Assembly (NCBI GenBank): GCA_038887515.1
Contig: JAWAKK010000002.1
Span: 310,803 to 374,802 of the forward strand
DNA: 64,000 nucleotides
Origin: Candidatus Nezhaarchaeales archaeon
GTDB taxonomy: Archaea > Thermoproteota > Methanomethylicia > Nezhaarchaeales > WYZ-LMO8
Direction: 5' to 3'
A program made the position numbers and the translations under genes. The number at the start of each line of letters is the position of its first letter. Within the stretch, counting starts at the first letter, position 1. The notes beneath the pieces were generated by a model that saw only the letters and a program-made list of their open reading frames with translations, made no database searches and was not told the DNA's origin. This document shows positions 29,125 through 39,214 of the stretch, piece after piece.

Positions 29125-30384
29125 ATGAAAGCGGACGTAGTAGTCGTAGGGAGTGGAGCTGGTGGAAGTATAGTTTCTAACGAGCTTGTAAACAGAGGTT
29201 TAAAGGTGGTTCTAGTAGAGAAAGGCGAAGATTTAGGACTTGAAAAGGCTTATTTGGGCTTTCGCTCGACGCTGTCATCAATAGACTTACTTAGATGCGA
29301 AGCTGTTGGAGGTACGACCCTCATATCCCTCGGGAACATGCTTATAACCAATACAATTATCGAGAAGTTTAAGGAAGTCGGTATAGATTTGACGGCTGAG
29401 GTCGATGAGGTGCGTAAGCTCATGCACGTAAAAGATATTCCAGTAGATAAGTTGCCGCAGTTTGCTGTGAAATTCATCGAGGTTTCTAGGAGTATGGGAT
29501 TAGATGCAAAGGTTATGCAGAAATCAATAGACTTTAACAAATGTATAGGTTGTGGTGGCTGTGCTTATGGCTGTGCAAGGGATGCAAAACGTACAGCGCT
29601 TGATCTGATAAGGAGAAGCCTTAGACAAGGATTGGTGTTACTAAGCTCATTTGAAGTTAACAGGGTACATAGATCTCAGGGTCAGGGAGAAGAGATAGTA
29701 GTTGAGGGAGTCGTTAGAGGTGAGAAGCTCAAGGTTATTTGTAAGGCTCTAATTCTAGCCGCAGGCGCTCTTGAAACCCCTAGGCTTTTAATTCAATTAC
29801 ACGACAACGATAACATCGGGAAGCACCTCTTTGTAGATCCATTCTTAATCGTAGGCGGACCTTATAGCGGACCTCCAGCAAATGAAGGAATTCAGATGGC
29901 GGCCTATATTGACTATCAAGACTACATGCTTTCACCTAATTTCTCGGGCGCCTTACAATTTCAGTTGTTATCAAAAAAGGTTGACTATCGAGGGAAGAGC
30001 CTTGCATCAATAATGGTAAAAGTAGGCGACGAAGGGAGCGGGAGGGTATGGCCCGATGGAATTGTCGAAATACACATGACAAGGAGGGATCTAAAAGTTC
30101 TTGAGAGAGGAGTAAAAGAAGCCAAGAACATACTTTCCGAGTTAGGAGTAAAGGATGAAGACGTAGTTGTAACCCCTATAAGGGGGGCGCATCCAGGTGG
30201 GACAGCGGCACTAGGTTACGTAGTATCTCGAGATTTAAGCATAAGCGGTTGTGATGGTGTATTCGTGGCCGACGCAAGTCTAATACCACCTCTGCTTGGA
30301 AAACCACCAATGCTGCTGATAATGGCCTTAGCTATGAAAGTATCAAAGAAAGTATGTGAATACTTAGGGAAATATGCGAGCTAA
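29125..30384 (+). CDS. GMC-family FAD oxidoreductase with ferredoxin-like Cys motif
   Basis: DVVVVGSGAGG, CIGCGGCAYGC, AAGALETPRLL, AHPGGTA, FVADAS. Confidence 0.85.
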   Translation: MKADVVVVGSGAGGSIVSNELVNRGLKVVLVEKGEDLGLEKAYLGFRSTLSSIDLLRCEAVGGTTLISLGNMLITNTIIEKFKEVGIDLTAEVDEVRKLMHVKDIPVDKLPQFAVKFIEVSRSMGLDAKVMQKSIDFNKCIGCGGCAYGCARDAKRTALDLIRRSLRQGLVLLSSFEVNRVHRSQGQGEEIVVEGVVRGEKLKVICKALILAAGALETPRLLIQLHDNDNIGKHLFVDPFLIVGGPYSGPPANEGIQMAAYIDYQDYMLSPNFSGALQFQLLSKKVDYRGKSLASIMVKVGDEGSGRVWPDGIVEIHMTRRDLKVLERGVKEAKNILSELGVKDEDVVVTPIRGAHPGGTAALGYVVSRDLSISGCDGVFVADASLIPPLLGKPPMLLIMALAMKVSKKVCEYLGKYAS

Positions 30385-30475
30385 AAGTCCACAACTCTTA
30401 GGCAACTCCATAAGATTAGCGCAAGAAAGGTTGAGGAGGTTTTGTCCCTAAGGAGCTTCGTCGTTTCATTCACCT

Positions 30476-30913
30476 TTATTCTTCCTTGTATAAGGAGTTT
30501 ACTAAGTTTTTTAACGTTGAGAGGACGTTAGGATTCTCTTTCAGGTAACACATTAATTTCAGTATCCTGCTGACCGTTAGATCGTGAAGCTCGTGTTCAA
30601 TGTTGCAGGCATCATCTTCAGCTATATCGCCAGGGAGCTTCAGGAACGTCATCAAAAATTCTTTAAGGGCCTCATGCCTTCGATATATGTTCTCCGCAAC
30701 TTTGACGCCCTCTTCTGTTAAGGTTATCATTTCATGCCTAACATACTTAACGAGACCCTTACGGGCAAGTCTATCGAGGTATTCAACTATGCTGGGGGGC
30801 TTAACGTTCAGTATTTCAGCTAATCCTTTAACTCTTATAACCCCCTCCCTCTTCCACAACAAGTATAGTGCTTCTAGGTATTCCTCTTCTCTTCGAGTCT
30901 TCCTCGGTAACAA
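30476..30913 (-). CDS. DtxR/MntR metal-dependent transcriptional regulator
   Basis: EEYLEALY, LNVKPPS, LTEEG, RRHE, DACNIEH. Confidence 0.92.
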   Translation of the reverse strand: MLPRKTRREEEYLEALYLLWKREGVIRVKGLAEILNVKPPSIVEYLDRLARKGLVKYVRHEMITLTEEGVKVAENIYRRHEALKEFLMTFLKLPGDIAEDDACNIEHELHDLTVSRILKLMCYLKENPNVLSTLKNLVNSLYKEE

Positions 30914-31119
30914 TTCCTATCAGCTCTTGGCGAGATACAACATCTCTCTTTTTAGAGTCTAAACTAGCCCTAAAATTTTTTGAAATGTTACGAAGAACAA
31001 CTATAATTAATAATACAGGAGTTATCAACGACTTGCAGAACTAAATAAATAGGGCCCCGAGCCTTCACTACGAACATTATTTGGTGGCTTGCTTTAGAAT
31101 TTGAAGTTAACAAATTGTA

Positions 31120-31185
31120 GCCGAGTCAGACGGCCTAGCGCTGCCCTCACCGATTCGGGAGGGGTCTGGGGTCTTCATTCTCGGC
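31120..31185 (-). ncRNA. C/D-box sRNA candidate
   Basis: Minus strand GCCGAG-A-ATGAAGA-CCCCAGACCCCTC-CCGA-ATCG-GTGAGGG-CAGCGCTAGGCCGT-CTGA-CTCGGC with 6-bp terminal stem. Confidence 0.72.
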
Positions 31186-31878
31186 TCGACAAGGATATCC
31201 TCGACTTCTTCTTATGAGTTTTTCTTAAAGCGTGTAAATGGGCCAACAATGTAACGTTTACTGGCATCGTCTACGAATTGCAGAGCAGCACATCAAATCC
31301 GTTTCTTAATAATGGATTGCAACTTCATGCTTCATGGTCTATTAACTCTGCTACTAACTTGATCGCATCGAGTTTCTGAAAGATAGCTAAAAGGTAGAAG
31401 CCTAAGCAAAAGGTTGAGCTTACTTACATTTTTAGTCTTTATGAGGTTAGCTACGGACCCTTTGAGTATACCGGCTCCATTACGCTACTTGTCATTTTTA
31501 CGTCAGGTACAACGTTTACTGGCTTCTCATTTTTACGGTCACGGCTTTAGTTTTACTAGGCTTATAGAATGAACAATTTGGTCTCAACTCTAACCCTAAT
31601 TTACACTTACCCATGTTATAGTACTTACATACATTACACTTCATTTCACACCACCTCAAACGAGTTCTCAAATATTGATTCGAGGACTATAAGTTTGAGA
31701 TTCCCCATGTTACTTCAGCGTTTAGAGTCGACAGAGGCATCTATAGGCTTCTTATTTCGAAGAAAGAAGACTAGTTAATAAAAAGTTTACCCACCTTTTC
31801 TACGAAGAAGGTAATTATCTACACTGAAGAGCAGAGAGCAATAAAGAAGAGTTTTTTTATTATATTCAGAGGGGATTC

Positions 31879-32598
31879 ATGTACTTTGATGCTCACTGCC
31901 ACCTTCACGAGATCGACGAGGAGGAGATTAGAGGGTTTAAGGACTATGTACTAGTGGCTGTATCAGATGACCTAGAATCCTCTAAGAAGAGCCTGAGTCT
32001 CGCCAAAAAATATGATAACGTAATACCTTGCTTTGGGGTGCATCCCTGGGCCATCGATAAAGCCTCTACGAGTAATATTGATGAGATAGAAAGGCTTGTT
32101 TCAGAGACCGGTTGTTGTGTACTAGGTGAAGTAGGACTCGATAAGAAGTTTGTACCCCAAACGTTCTCTAGACAGTTGAAGTTCTTTGAAGGGTTTATAG
32201 ACATAGCGGTTGAGTACGATGTACCGCTTAACATTCATGCCGCTGGCGCATGGCGCGAAGTATACCAAATACTTGTGAAAAGGGATGTAGAAAAAGCTGT
32301 GATTCATTGGTATACTGGACCCCTCGACTTGTTAGAAGAATTAACAGCTAAGGGGTACTTTGTGACGATAAACCCTGCAGTGGAAGTACAAGAGAAACAT
32401 AGAAAAGTAGCGATAGAAGTTGACTTGAGGCATGTACTTGTTGAAAGTGATGCTCCCTACGAATACAGAGGATTGCGGCTCACGCCAAGGCTTATACCTC
32501 GGGTCCTTAAAATTTTAGCTGAAATTAAGGGTCTAAGACTAGAAGAAGTAAAAGCAACAGTAGAAGTCAACTTTAGGGGGCTTTTCAGGTACCGATAG
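31879..32598 (+). CDS. tatD: TatD family nuclease
   Basis: DAHCH, GVHPW, GEVGLD, HWY, ESDAP. Confidence 0.92.
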   Translation: MYFDAHCHLHEIDEEEIRGFKDYVLVAVSDDLESSKKSLSLAKKYDNVIPCFGVHPWAIDKASTSNIDEIERLVSETGCCVLGEVGLDKKFVPQTFSRQLKFFEGFIDIAVEYDVPLNIHAAGAWREVYQILVKRDVEKAVIHWYTGPLDLLEELTAKGYFVTINPAVEVQEKHRKVAIEVDLRHVLVESDAPYEYRGLRLTPRLIPRVLKILAEIKGLRLEEVKATVEVNFRGLFRYR

Positions 32599-32640
32599 GA
32601 TTCTTTGACCTTCAAAACATGAACTTTAAGGTCCATAGGC

Positions 32641-33519
32641 CTAAATTTTTCTTATACATTCTTTAGCTAATTGATAAGCATCTTCAACGTTACTGGGATC
32701 CCTTATATCCAAGTAAGCAGCTTGTTTATTAAAGTAAGGAGAACCTTTCCTCGAGAATATTGTTATCAGTCTACCGTTGTGTAAGACCATGTATCCTTCA
32801 TCACAGGGTTCATGTCCTCTGATGACGATCCTAACTCCTAAACTCTTTAAGAATTTTTCAGTAACGTCAGGACCAAACAGGTAACCAGCACCTCTAGGTG
32901 ACGCGCCTATACCATTAATAGTCATGGGGTCGTTCCACAAAAGTTCTTCTAAGAGACTCATGTTTTGATGGGCATTAACGAGCGATTTTATGGTTACGGG
33001 CTGTGTAGGGACCCCTCCATGAACCATGAAAAGAGAGCCCTCTAAGAGAGCGCAAGCGTAAAGATTTCTTAGACAACCCATTATCGACTCGTAGATTTCT
33101 CTCCACGAAGTTCCGTATAAACGGCTTAAGTGCCACGGAAAGTCGTGAGGATATACGGGTAGCTCTTGAGGACCCTCGTGATTGCCCATTAATAAGATTA
33201 CGGAATGTGGGCTTTTGAGCTTGATGTTAAATATCTCGTAGACGACGCGAGGTGCCTCAGACCCTCTATCTACGTAGTCTCCGAGAAAGACTACTATTGC
33301 TTCCTTTAAGTCGGTACCCGATATTATCTTAGTTAAGCTCTCGTAGTCGCCATGGATATCTCCTATAACTACAATCCTCTTGGCGCTATCCTTTATCTTT
33401 GCTAAGGAGCCGTGGGCTTCATAGCCTCCAACGTCAACTCTTTTTCTTTCCTCTATTAGTAAATTCCTTACTTTAGAGGACAGTTCAATGAATTCTTCAG
33501 TTGTTGGTAGTGAAGACAT
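32641..33519 (-). CDS. PPP-family Ser/Thr protein phosphatase
   Basis: GDIHG, GDYVDRG, GNHE, HGG, LLWNDP, SPRG, RGHE. Confidence 0.92.
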   Translation of the reverse strand: MSSLPTTEEFIELSSKVRNLLIEERKRVDVGGYEAHGSLAKIKDSAKRIVVIGDIHGDYESLTKIISGTDLKEAIVVFLGDYVDRGSEAPRVVYEIFNIKLKSPHSVILLMGNHEGPQELPVYPHDFPWHLSRLYGTSWREIYESIMGCLRNLYACALLEGSLFMVHGGVPTQPVTIKSLVNAHQNMSLLEELLWNDPMTINGIGASPRGAGYLFGPDVTEKFLKSLGVRIVIRGHEPCDEGYMVLHNGRLITIFSRKGSPYFNKQAAYLDIRDPSNVEDAYQLAKECIRKI

Positions 33520-33597
33520 TCTTCTTCACATTCCTTGCACTTAAACGTTAATTGGAGTACTAAACTATATGTCTGCTGCACCAGAGGGTTTAGATAC

Positions 33598-34062
33598 ATG
33601 AAGGAGGGTTTTGACTTAATCAAGGTGCGTAAGGAACTTAAGGGAAATACGTTGAAGCTTTACCTCTATTTAACCAAGAGAGCTAGCGGGTACACCATTG
33701 ACGAGATGAGATTCTTTAGCGGCTTTTCTAATAAGGCATTGATAAACCAATGCCTTGCAGAAATGAAGCGACTTGGAATAGTAGAGAAGCGGGAAGACCG
33801 ATATTATGTTCCTAGACCGATAGCAGAAGCTGTAGATTACGTACTCAAACATTACGTCAAGGTAGGCAATAGAATTTTGCCAAGAGGTTTTATAAGTGCC
33901 ATAGCTTATCTAGCATTCCTACTAGTGTTCTTTTCAATATTTCCTTCAACCCTCCTACTGTTACCCTTCGGTGTAGTGATGAGCTCCATTTTCATAGCCA
34001 TCGGAATTTACGAAACATATAGGCTTAGAAAGTTCGTTAAAAAGGTTAAAGAGCCAAAGTAG
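33598..34062 (+). CDS. Winged-helix protein with two C-terminal TM helices
   Basis: LKGNTLKLYLYL wHTH-like N-terminus followed by two hydrophobic segments. Confidence 0.65.
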   Translation: MKEGFDLIKVRKELKGNTLKLYLYLTKRASGYTIDEMRFFSGFSNKALINQCLAEMKRLGIVEKREDRYYVPRPIAEAVDYVLKHYVKVGNRILPRGFISAIAYLAFLLVFFSIFPSTLLLLPFGVVMSSIFIAIGIYETYRLRKFVKKVKEPK

Positions 34063-34256
34063 AAAGTCATGTAAAGCTTACTTAAATAAAGGGAAGACAG
34101 AATAGTCGTTGCTTATCTCCATTTTAGAGCAATAGGATCAATATCCTACACAGAACTGTCTTTAGAAACAGTAATGTAAGATATCATGTAACTTGGATCT
34201 GTATTTACTTGAGAAAAGTTTAAGCTTTTTCAAATTGAGATGCTTGAAACAGTTGA

Positions 34257-34343
34257 GCCCCGGTAGCTCAGTCTGGTTAGAGCACTGCCTTGGTATATCA
34301 AACAAAGAGGCAGGGGTCGCGGGTTCGAATCCCGCCCGGGGCT
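34257..34343 (+). tRNA. tRNA-Thr(GGT) with 12-nt intron at 37/38 (34296-34307)
   Basis: GCCCCGG/CCGGGGC acceptor, U73, CTGCC-TTGGTA..A-GGCAG. Confidence 0.93.
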
Positions 34344-34491
34344 TTAACTCTATCTTTAAACTTTGTTGTCCTATCTACTTGTTGATTTACTTTTAATTTT
34401 CCCGTCTATACTTAGAACTTTTAATTACTCGGAGGAGTATGTTATTATCTCACTTAATTGCTTAACTATCTTAATGTAACCCTGTAATTCG

Positions 34492-35196
34492 ATGTTGGTG
34501 ATTAAGTTGGAGGTCGAAGCGTGTAAGAAGATAGCGGCTAAAGCTGCTTTAAGCGAACTAGTAGACAAAATGGTATTGGGACTTGGGACGGGATCTACAG
34601 TAGAATATTTCGCAGCGTTTTTAGGCGAGGAGGTTAAGAAGGGGTTAAGGATTAAAGTTGTTCCAACGTCGTACCATTCCCTTCAGATGGCCGTTAAGTA
34701 CGGCTTAGAGGTTTTACCAGCAGAGCTTGTGGATGAGATAGACGTGGTTGTCGATGGAGCAGACGAAGTTGATCAAAGGCTCAATTTGATTAAAGGTAGG
34801 GGCGCGGCCCTTTCAAAGGAGAAGGTGGTTGCATCGATGGCCTTGAAGAAAGTGTACATAGTTAGCTACGATAAGCTCGTAGATAAGCTATGTTCCACGA
34901 AGCCTGTACCTGTGGAAGTCCTTCCGTTCGCTTATAGATACGTAATGAAGAGATTGAGAGAGCTTGGAGGAGAACCAGAGCTTCGTGAGGCTGGAAGATT
35001 TAAAGATGGACCTCTCGTGACAGATAACGGTAACTTCATAATTGACGTACGCTTTAACCCTATAGACAACCCCAAAGAGCTTGAAACTAAAATTAAGGAG
35101 ATACCTGGAGTGGTCGAAGTCGGCATTTTCTGCAATATAGCAGATGTAGTATACGTTGGAAGGCCTAGTGGTGTAGAAGTGCTCAAGAGGTGCTAG
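34492..35196 (+). CDS. rpiA: Ribose-5-phosphate isomerase A
   Basis: GLGTGST, DGADEVD, IKGRG, TDNGN. Confidence 0.96.
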   Translation: MLVIKLEVEACKKIAAKAALSELVDKMVLGLGTGSTVEYFAAFLGEEVKKGLRIKVVPTSYHSLQMAVKYGLEVLPAELVDEIDVVVDGADEVDQRLNLIKGRGAALSKEKVVASMALKKVYIVSYDKLVDKLCSTKPVPVEVLPFAYRYVMKRLRELGGEPELREAGRFKDGPLVTDNGNFIIDVRFNPIDNPKELETKIKEIPGVVEVGIFCNIADVVYVGRPSGVEVLKRC

Positions 35197-35244
35197 ACTA
35201 TTAGGTAAGCTTTTAAAGGCTTGAAATCAGATGGTTATCTTGGA

Positions 35245-35346
35245 GCCGGGGTCGCCTAGGGGCCTAAGGCGCCGGACTCATAATCTCGATAATGTGAGGC
35301 TAGAGGTGTAATCCGGTTATCGCGGGTTCGAATCCCGCCCCCGGCA
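35245..35346 (+). tRNA. tRNA-Met(CAT), elongator type, with 28-nt intron (best BHB fit 38/39, 35284-35311)
   Basis: GCCGGGG/CCCCGGC acceptor, CCGGA-CTCATAA-TCCGG after intron removal; TAATC repeat makes the exact site ambiguous. Confidence 0.85.
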
Positions 35347-35488
35347 CTAGCATAACTCCTTTTCCTCACCGACTCTCTAAGTTTTAAACGGCTAGTTTAA
35401 GCAGGAAGCCCATTTTCATAATTACTGTGTAGAGCGCTCACTGCGAACAATGTACTTTTAATGAGTTACGTCGAAAGACTTAGGAGAG

Positions 35489-36868
35489 TTAACGCTCTAT
35501 TTCGAGCCATGGATAGAGTTCCTTTAATTTCTGTACGGCGTCTTTAACCTTCTCGTCAGGGTACTCGTACGGCAGTAACTTTCCACTTAAATAATCGCTA
35601 AATGCTTGCATATCAAAGTGGCCGTGTCCACATAATAGGAACAGTATGGTCTTCTCCTCTCCAGTTTCCTTGCATTTTAATGCTTCATCTATGACGGCTT
35701 TTATTGCGTGACTGGGCTCTGGAGCTGGTATGAGACCTTCAGTTTTAGCAAATAAGTGTGCTGCCTCGAAGACCTCTACTTGGTTGTAGGCTACAGTCTT
35801 AACTATCCCTTCTTTGCTCAGCAAGCATAGAGTCGGTGCCTTTCCATGATATCTTAAGCCTCCTGCATGTATTGGTGGTGGAATGAACATGTGCCCAAGT
35901 GTATACATCTTCAGCATAGGTGTTAAGCGAGCTGTGTCACCGTGATCGTACGTATAGAAGCCCTTAGTTATGCTCGGGCAAGCAGTCGGCTCAACAGCTA
36001 GAAATTTAACGTCTTTTGGGGCTTTGCCTGAGATCTTGTCGTAATAGAATGGCCAAAATAGCCCAGAAAAACTGCTTCCGCCACCAATGCATCCAACTAT
36101 GAGGTCTGGATAGTCATCTACAAGCTCCATCTGTTTTTTAGCCTCTAATCCGACGACCGTCTGATGTAGCAATACGAAGTTTAAAACGCTTCCAAGAGAG
36201 TACTTAACCCCCTCATGTGTCAAGGCATCTTCTATAGCTTCACTTATAGCTATGCCAAGACTACCAGGGTTGTCGGGATCGTTTTCAAGAATACTTCTTC
36301 CATATTTGGTGTTAGTGCTTGGGCTTGGGTAAACGTCAGCCCCCCACATCTCCATTAAGACGCGCCTATACGGTTTCTGGTTATAGCTTACCTTAACCAT
36401 GTATATGGTTGCTTTAAGCTCAAATAGCATACAGCCGAAGGCTAGCGCAGAACCCCATTGTCCAGCGCCAGTTTCTGTCGTCAATCTCTTAATCCCTTCC
36501 TTCATAGCATAATATGCTTGCGCTACAGCTGTGTTAGGTTTATGACTACCGGGGGGACTAACCCCTTCATACTTGTAATATATCTTCGCGGGGGTCTTGA
36601 GAGCTTTCTCAAGATTAGTAGCTCTATAAAGTGGTGTCGGTCTCCATAATGTATAGGCTTCGCGAACTTCACTTGGAATATCTATCCATCTTTCCTGGCT
36701 AAGCTCTTGTATTATACACTCTTTTGGAAATAGAGCCATCAGGTCATCCGGTTTTACTGGCTCCCTTGTTACTGGGTTTATTGGTGGAGGTAGTGGTTTC
36801 GGAAGGTCCGGTAAGATGTTGTACCATTGTTTTGGTACTTCATCTTCGGTTAAAAGTATCTTCCTCAC
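35489..36868 (-). CDS. trpB2: Tryptophan synthase beta chain 2 (TrpB2)
   Basis: [39 protein letters not shown]. Confidence 0.93.
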   Translation of the reverse strand: MRKILLTEDEVPKQWYNILPDLPKPLPPPINPVTREPVKPDDLMALFPKECIIQELSQERWIDIPSEVREAYTLWRPTPLYRATNLEKALKTPAKIYYKYEGVSPPGSHKPNTAVAQAYYAMKEGIKRLTTETGAGQWGSALAFGCMLFELKATIYMVKVSYNQKPYRRVLMEMWGADVYPSPSTNTKYGRSILENDPDNPGSLGIAISEAIEDALTHEGVKYSLGSVLNFVLLHQTVVGLEAKKQMELVDDYPDLIVGCIGGGSSFSGLFWPFYYDKISGKAPKDVKFLAVEPTACPSITKGFYTYDHGDTARLTPMLKMYTLGHMFIPPPIHAGGLRYHGKAPTLCLLSKEGIVKTVAYNQVEVFEAAHLFAKTEGLIPAPEPSHAIKAVIDEALKCKETGEEKTILFLLCGHGHFDMQAFSDYLSGKLLPYEYPDEKVKDAVQKLKELYPWLEIER

Positions 36869-37152
36869 AATTATGCACACACCTGATCAATAATGTAAAA
36901 ATATGTTCATTTAAGATATATTTAAATCTTCTGTGTATTTAAATATACAAAATTGTTTTAATGATAATATGTAGAACTTATCCTCTAATACTGCTGTCCT
37001 CTGAAAATCTTCTAGCACTCTTAACCGTTGCAACGATATTAAAAGACTTCAGACTTAAGAGTTTTTACATTAATAATCTCTTCGAAATAAACCTACGAGG
37101 CTTTCAAGTTAAAAAACGAGGTAAATTTTTAAAAGGGTAGGAGAACTAAATC

Positions 37153-37581
37153 TTGATGTCCATGGTTTCTAAAGAGTTATTGGACTTACTGAACGAAGCT
37201 ATTGCACGAGAGATACAAGTATCCATCCAGTACATGTGGCAACACGTTCAATGGAGAGGGGTTAAAGCCTTCGCAGTACGAGATGAGTTAAAGAAGATAG
37301 CAATAACTGAGATGAAGCATGCGGAAGCCATCGCCGAAAGGCTCTTTTATCTAGGTGGCGTTCCAACAACTAAGCCTAAAGAGATTTTTGTTGGCAAGAC
37401 TTTGAAGGAAATGGTTGAACAGGACGTAAAAGATGAGGAGTATGCCATAAGGTTATACAAGGAGATAATAGAGAGAGCTCGCAAGGAAAATGATATCACA
37501 ACTGCGGTTCTATTTGAAGGAATACTAAAGGATGAAGAAGAGCATCACGACTTCTTTACATCGCTACTAGAAGAACTCTAG
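37153..37581 (+). CDS. Ferritin-like (bacterioferritin-type) diiron protein
   Basis: LNEAIAREIQVSIQY, EMKHAE, DEEEHHD. Confidence 0.85.
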   Translation: MMSMVSKELLDLLNEAIAREIQVSIQYMWQHVQWRGVKAFAVRDELKKIAITEMKHAEAIAERLFYLGGVPTTKPKEIFVGKTLKEMVEQDVKDEEYAIRLYKEIIERARKENDITTAVLFEGILKDEEEHHDFFTSLLEEL

Positions 37582-37651
37582 TCTTCATAACTTGTCAAAT
37601 CTCAATCAAATTTTTTAATTTGATATTCATCTCGCATTTTACTTCCCTAAC

Positions 37652-38377
37652 TTACTTGATGAGATTTTTCAGGTCACTTCTTGAAAGTATTTCCCTTATG
37701 ATTTTTGATGTGCTACAAAGCTTATGCTCTTTGTAAGACTCTCTTAACCTCACGACTTCTACCCTTAAGCCTCTCTGTTCTAGCTCTCTTCTGAGTTTCT
37801 CTTCATCGAAGTTTTGGTTTGGTCCAAGCATTATAATATCGGGTTTTATTTCCTCGACTATTCTAAGCATGTCTTCCCCTTCATTCCCCAAAAACGCCTC
37901 TTTAACTCCTTTAATGCTTCTAACCACCTCCAACCTCTGTTCCTCCGGTATTATTGGTCTTCTTCCCTTGAACTTCTCGACTGTTGAATCTCGTGCAACA
38001 ACAACTATTACGTCTCCTAATTCGGCTGCCTTTGATATCAAGTATATGTGGCCCGGGTGTATTATATCAAAAACTCCTGCAATCATTACTTTCTTCTTCG
38101 TCACAAATCTCCCCCCTCCATCAACTTCAATTAAATCTAACAATTTAAGTGAATCTAATAGACCTTCGCAGTAGGCTATACAGACGTAACTTGTAGGATA
38201 GTCCCTTATCGCTGCGTAATATTTAGCATCTTCATAATATCGCTTTGCGTTATCGATTATCCTTTCTACTTGGATCCTTAGGTTACTGGATGGTCTTGAC
38301 CTCAAGTTCCTTAGGGTTTTTTCGACGTAATTGAAGTACTTTAAGAGCCTCTCGTCGTCGCTTTTTGAATAACTCAT
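37652..38377 (-). CDS. ribL: DUF357 domain fused to FAD synthetase RibL-like cytidylyltransferase
   Basis: AKRYYEDAKYY..YCEGLLD (DUF357) then GVFDIIHPGH, VVARD, STSKI. Confidence 0.8.
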   Translation of the reverse strand: MSYSKSDDERLLKYFNYVEKTLRNLRSRPSSNLRIQVERIIDNAKRYYEDAKYYAAIRDYPTSYVCIAYCEGLLDSLKLLDLIEVDGGGRFVTKKKVMIAGVFDIIHPGHIYLISKAAELGDVIVVVARDSTVEKFKGRRPIIPEEQRLEVVRSIKGVKEAFLGNEGEDMLRIVEEIKPDIIMLGPNQNFDEEKLRRELEQRGLRVEVVRLRESYKEHKLCSTSKIIREILSRSDLKNLIK

Positions 38378-38379
38378 GG

Positions 38380-39147
38380 TTAATCCTCCATGCCCGCAAG
38401 GACTTTAAGCGCTTCGTGTTCCATGAAGTGGAGCGATCCAGGCACGACTATGATGTGAGGTGGAGGGCCAAAGTCGTAGTGAAGGAGATTTAAGAGCTTA
38501 GACGCTTTCACGATCATATTGTTCCAGCAAGCTCTCGCAACTCCAACCATTAGCATGTTACCATCTATTACGCCTTCTCTCCTACGGGTCTCAACTTCGA
38601 GGAGTATAGTTAGTGCCTCATTGATGGTCATAGCCCTACCATTCTCAACGTCTAAGTACAGTAGGGTGTGGAGACCTCTGGACTTATTGTCCTTTATGGA
38701 GTCGTAGGCAGCGTTATTTGGCCCCTTATCTGGAAAGACTATGGTGGCAGCCCTCCCAAACTTATAGCTCGATAAACCGGTTAAGCCGGGTATTACGCTT
38801 AGTATGGAGGCGGAGGGTACGTACTTCACCTTAATTCCCTTCTTGACGGCTTCTACCATTAAAGCTATATGAGTCGTAGCTATAAAGGGATCCCCTATTA
38901 CGAGAAGCGCTACATGCTCTTTTTCGGCTAACTTTAAAACCTCTCGAGCTCCACCGCCCTCTAAATCGGACCTGCGAAGTAGTTTTAACTTCTTGCCTAT
39001 TAACGATTGGAGTGCATGCAACTCGCTATCTGGAATTAGGCTCGTGTAAGTGTCTACGAGTACGTGATCGGCTCTCTGAGCTTCGTAAATTCCCTCAATG
39101 GATAAACCCCTAGCTGTCAGCCCTACGCCTATGAAAGTTAGGCCCAG
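38380..39147 (-). CDS. dph5: Diphthine synthase; probable CTG start at 39147
   Basis: Frame extends upstream to GLTFIGVGL..VDTYTS; GDPFIATTH, YKFG, GLHTL, FGPPPH. Confidence 0.92.
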   Translation of the reverse strand: MGLTFIGVGLTARGLSIEGIYEAQRADHVLVDTYTSLIPDSELHALQSLIGKKLKLLRRSDLEGGGAREVLKLAEKEHVALLVIGDPFIATTHIALMVEAVKKGIKVKYVPSASILSVIPGLTGLSSYKFGRAATIVFPDKGPNNAAYDSIKDNKSRGLHTLLYLDVENGRAMTINEALTILLEVETRRREGVIDGNMLMVGVARACWNNMIVKASKLLNLLHYDFGPPPHIIVVPGSLHFMEHEALKVLAGMED

Positions 39148-39214
39148 CTATTTTCACCTCAATATTTATGTGTTCTCCTGCGTGAATTGTTAAGAAGGTT
39201 CGGGAGATAATAAA

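Noticed and set aside
34193-34396. Short ORFs over tRNA genes (also 27183-27425, 63495-63701)
   Set aside because: Translations of tRNA sequence; the shared SPGSSVWLEHCLG is only the duplicated tRNA half
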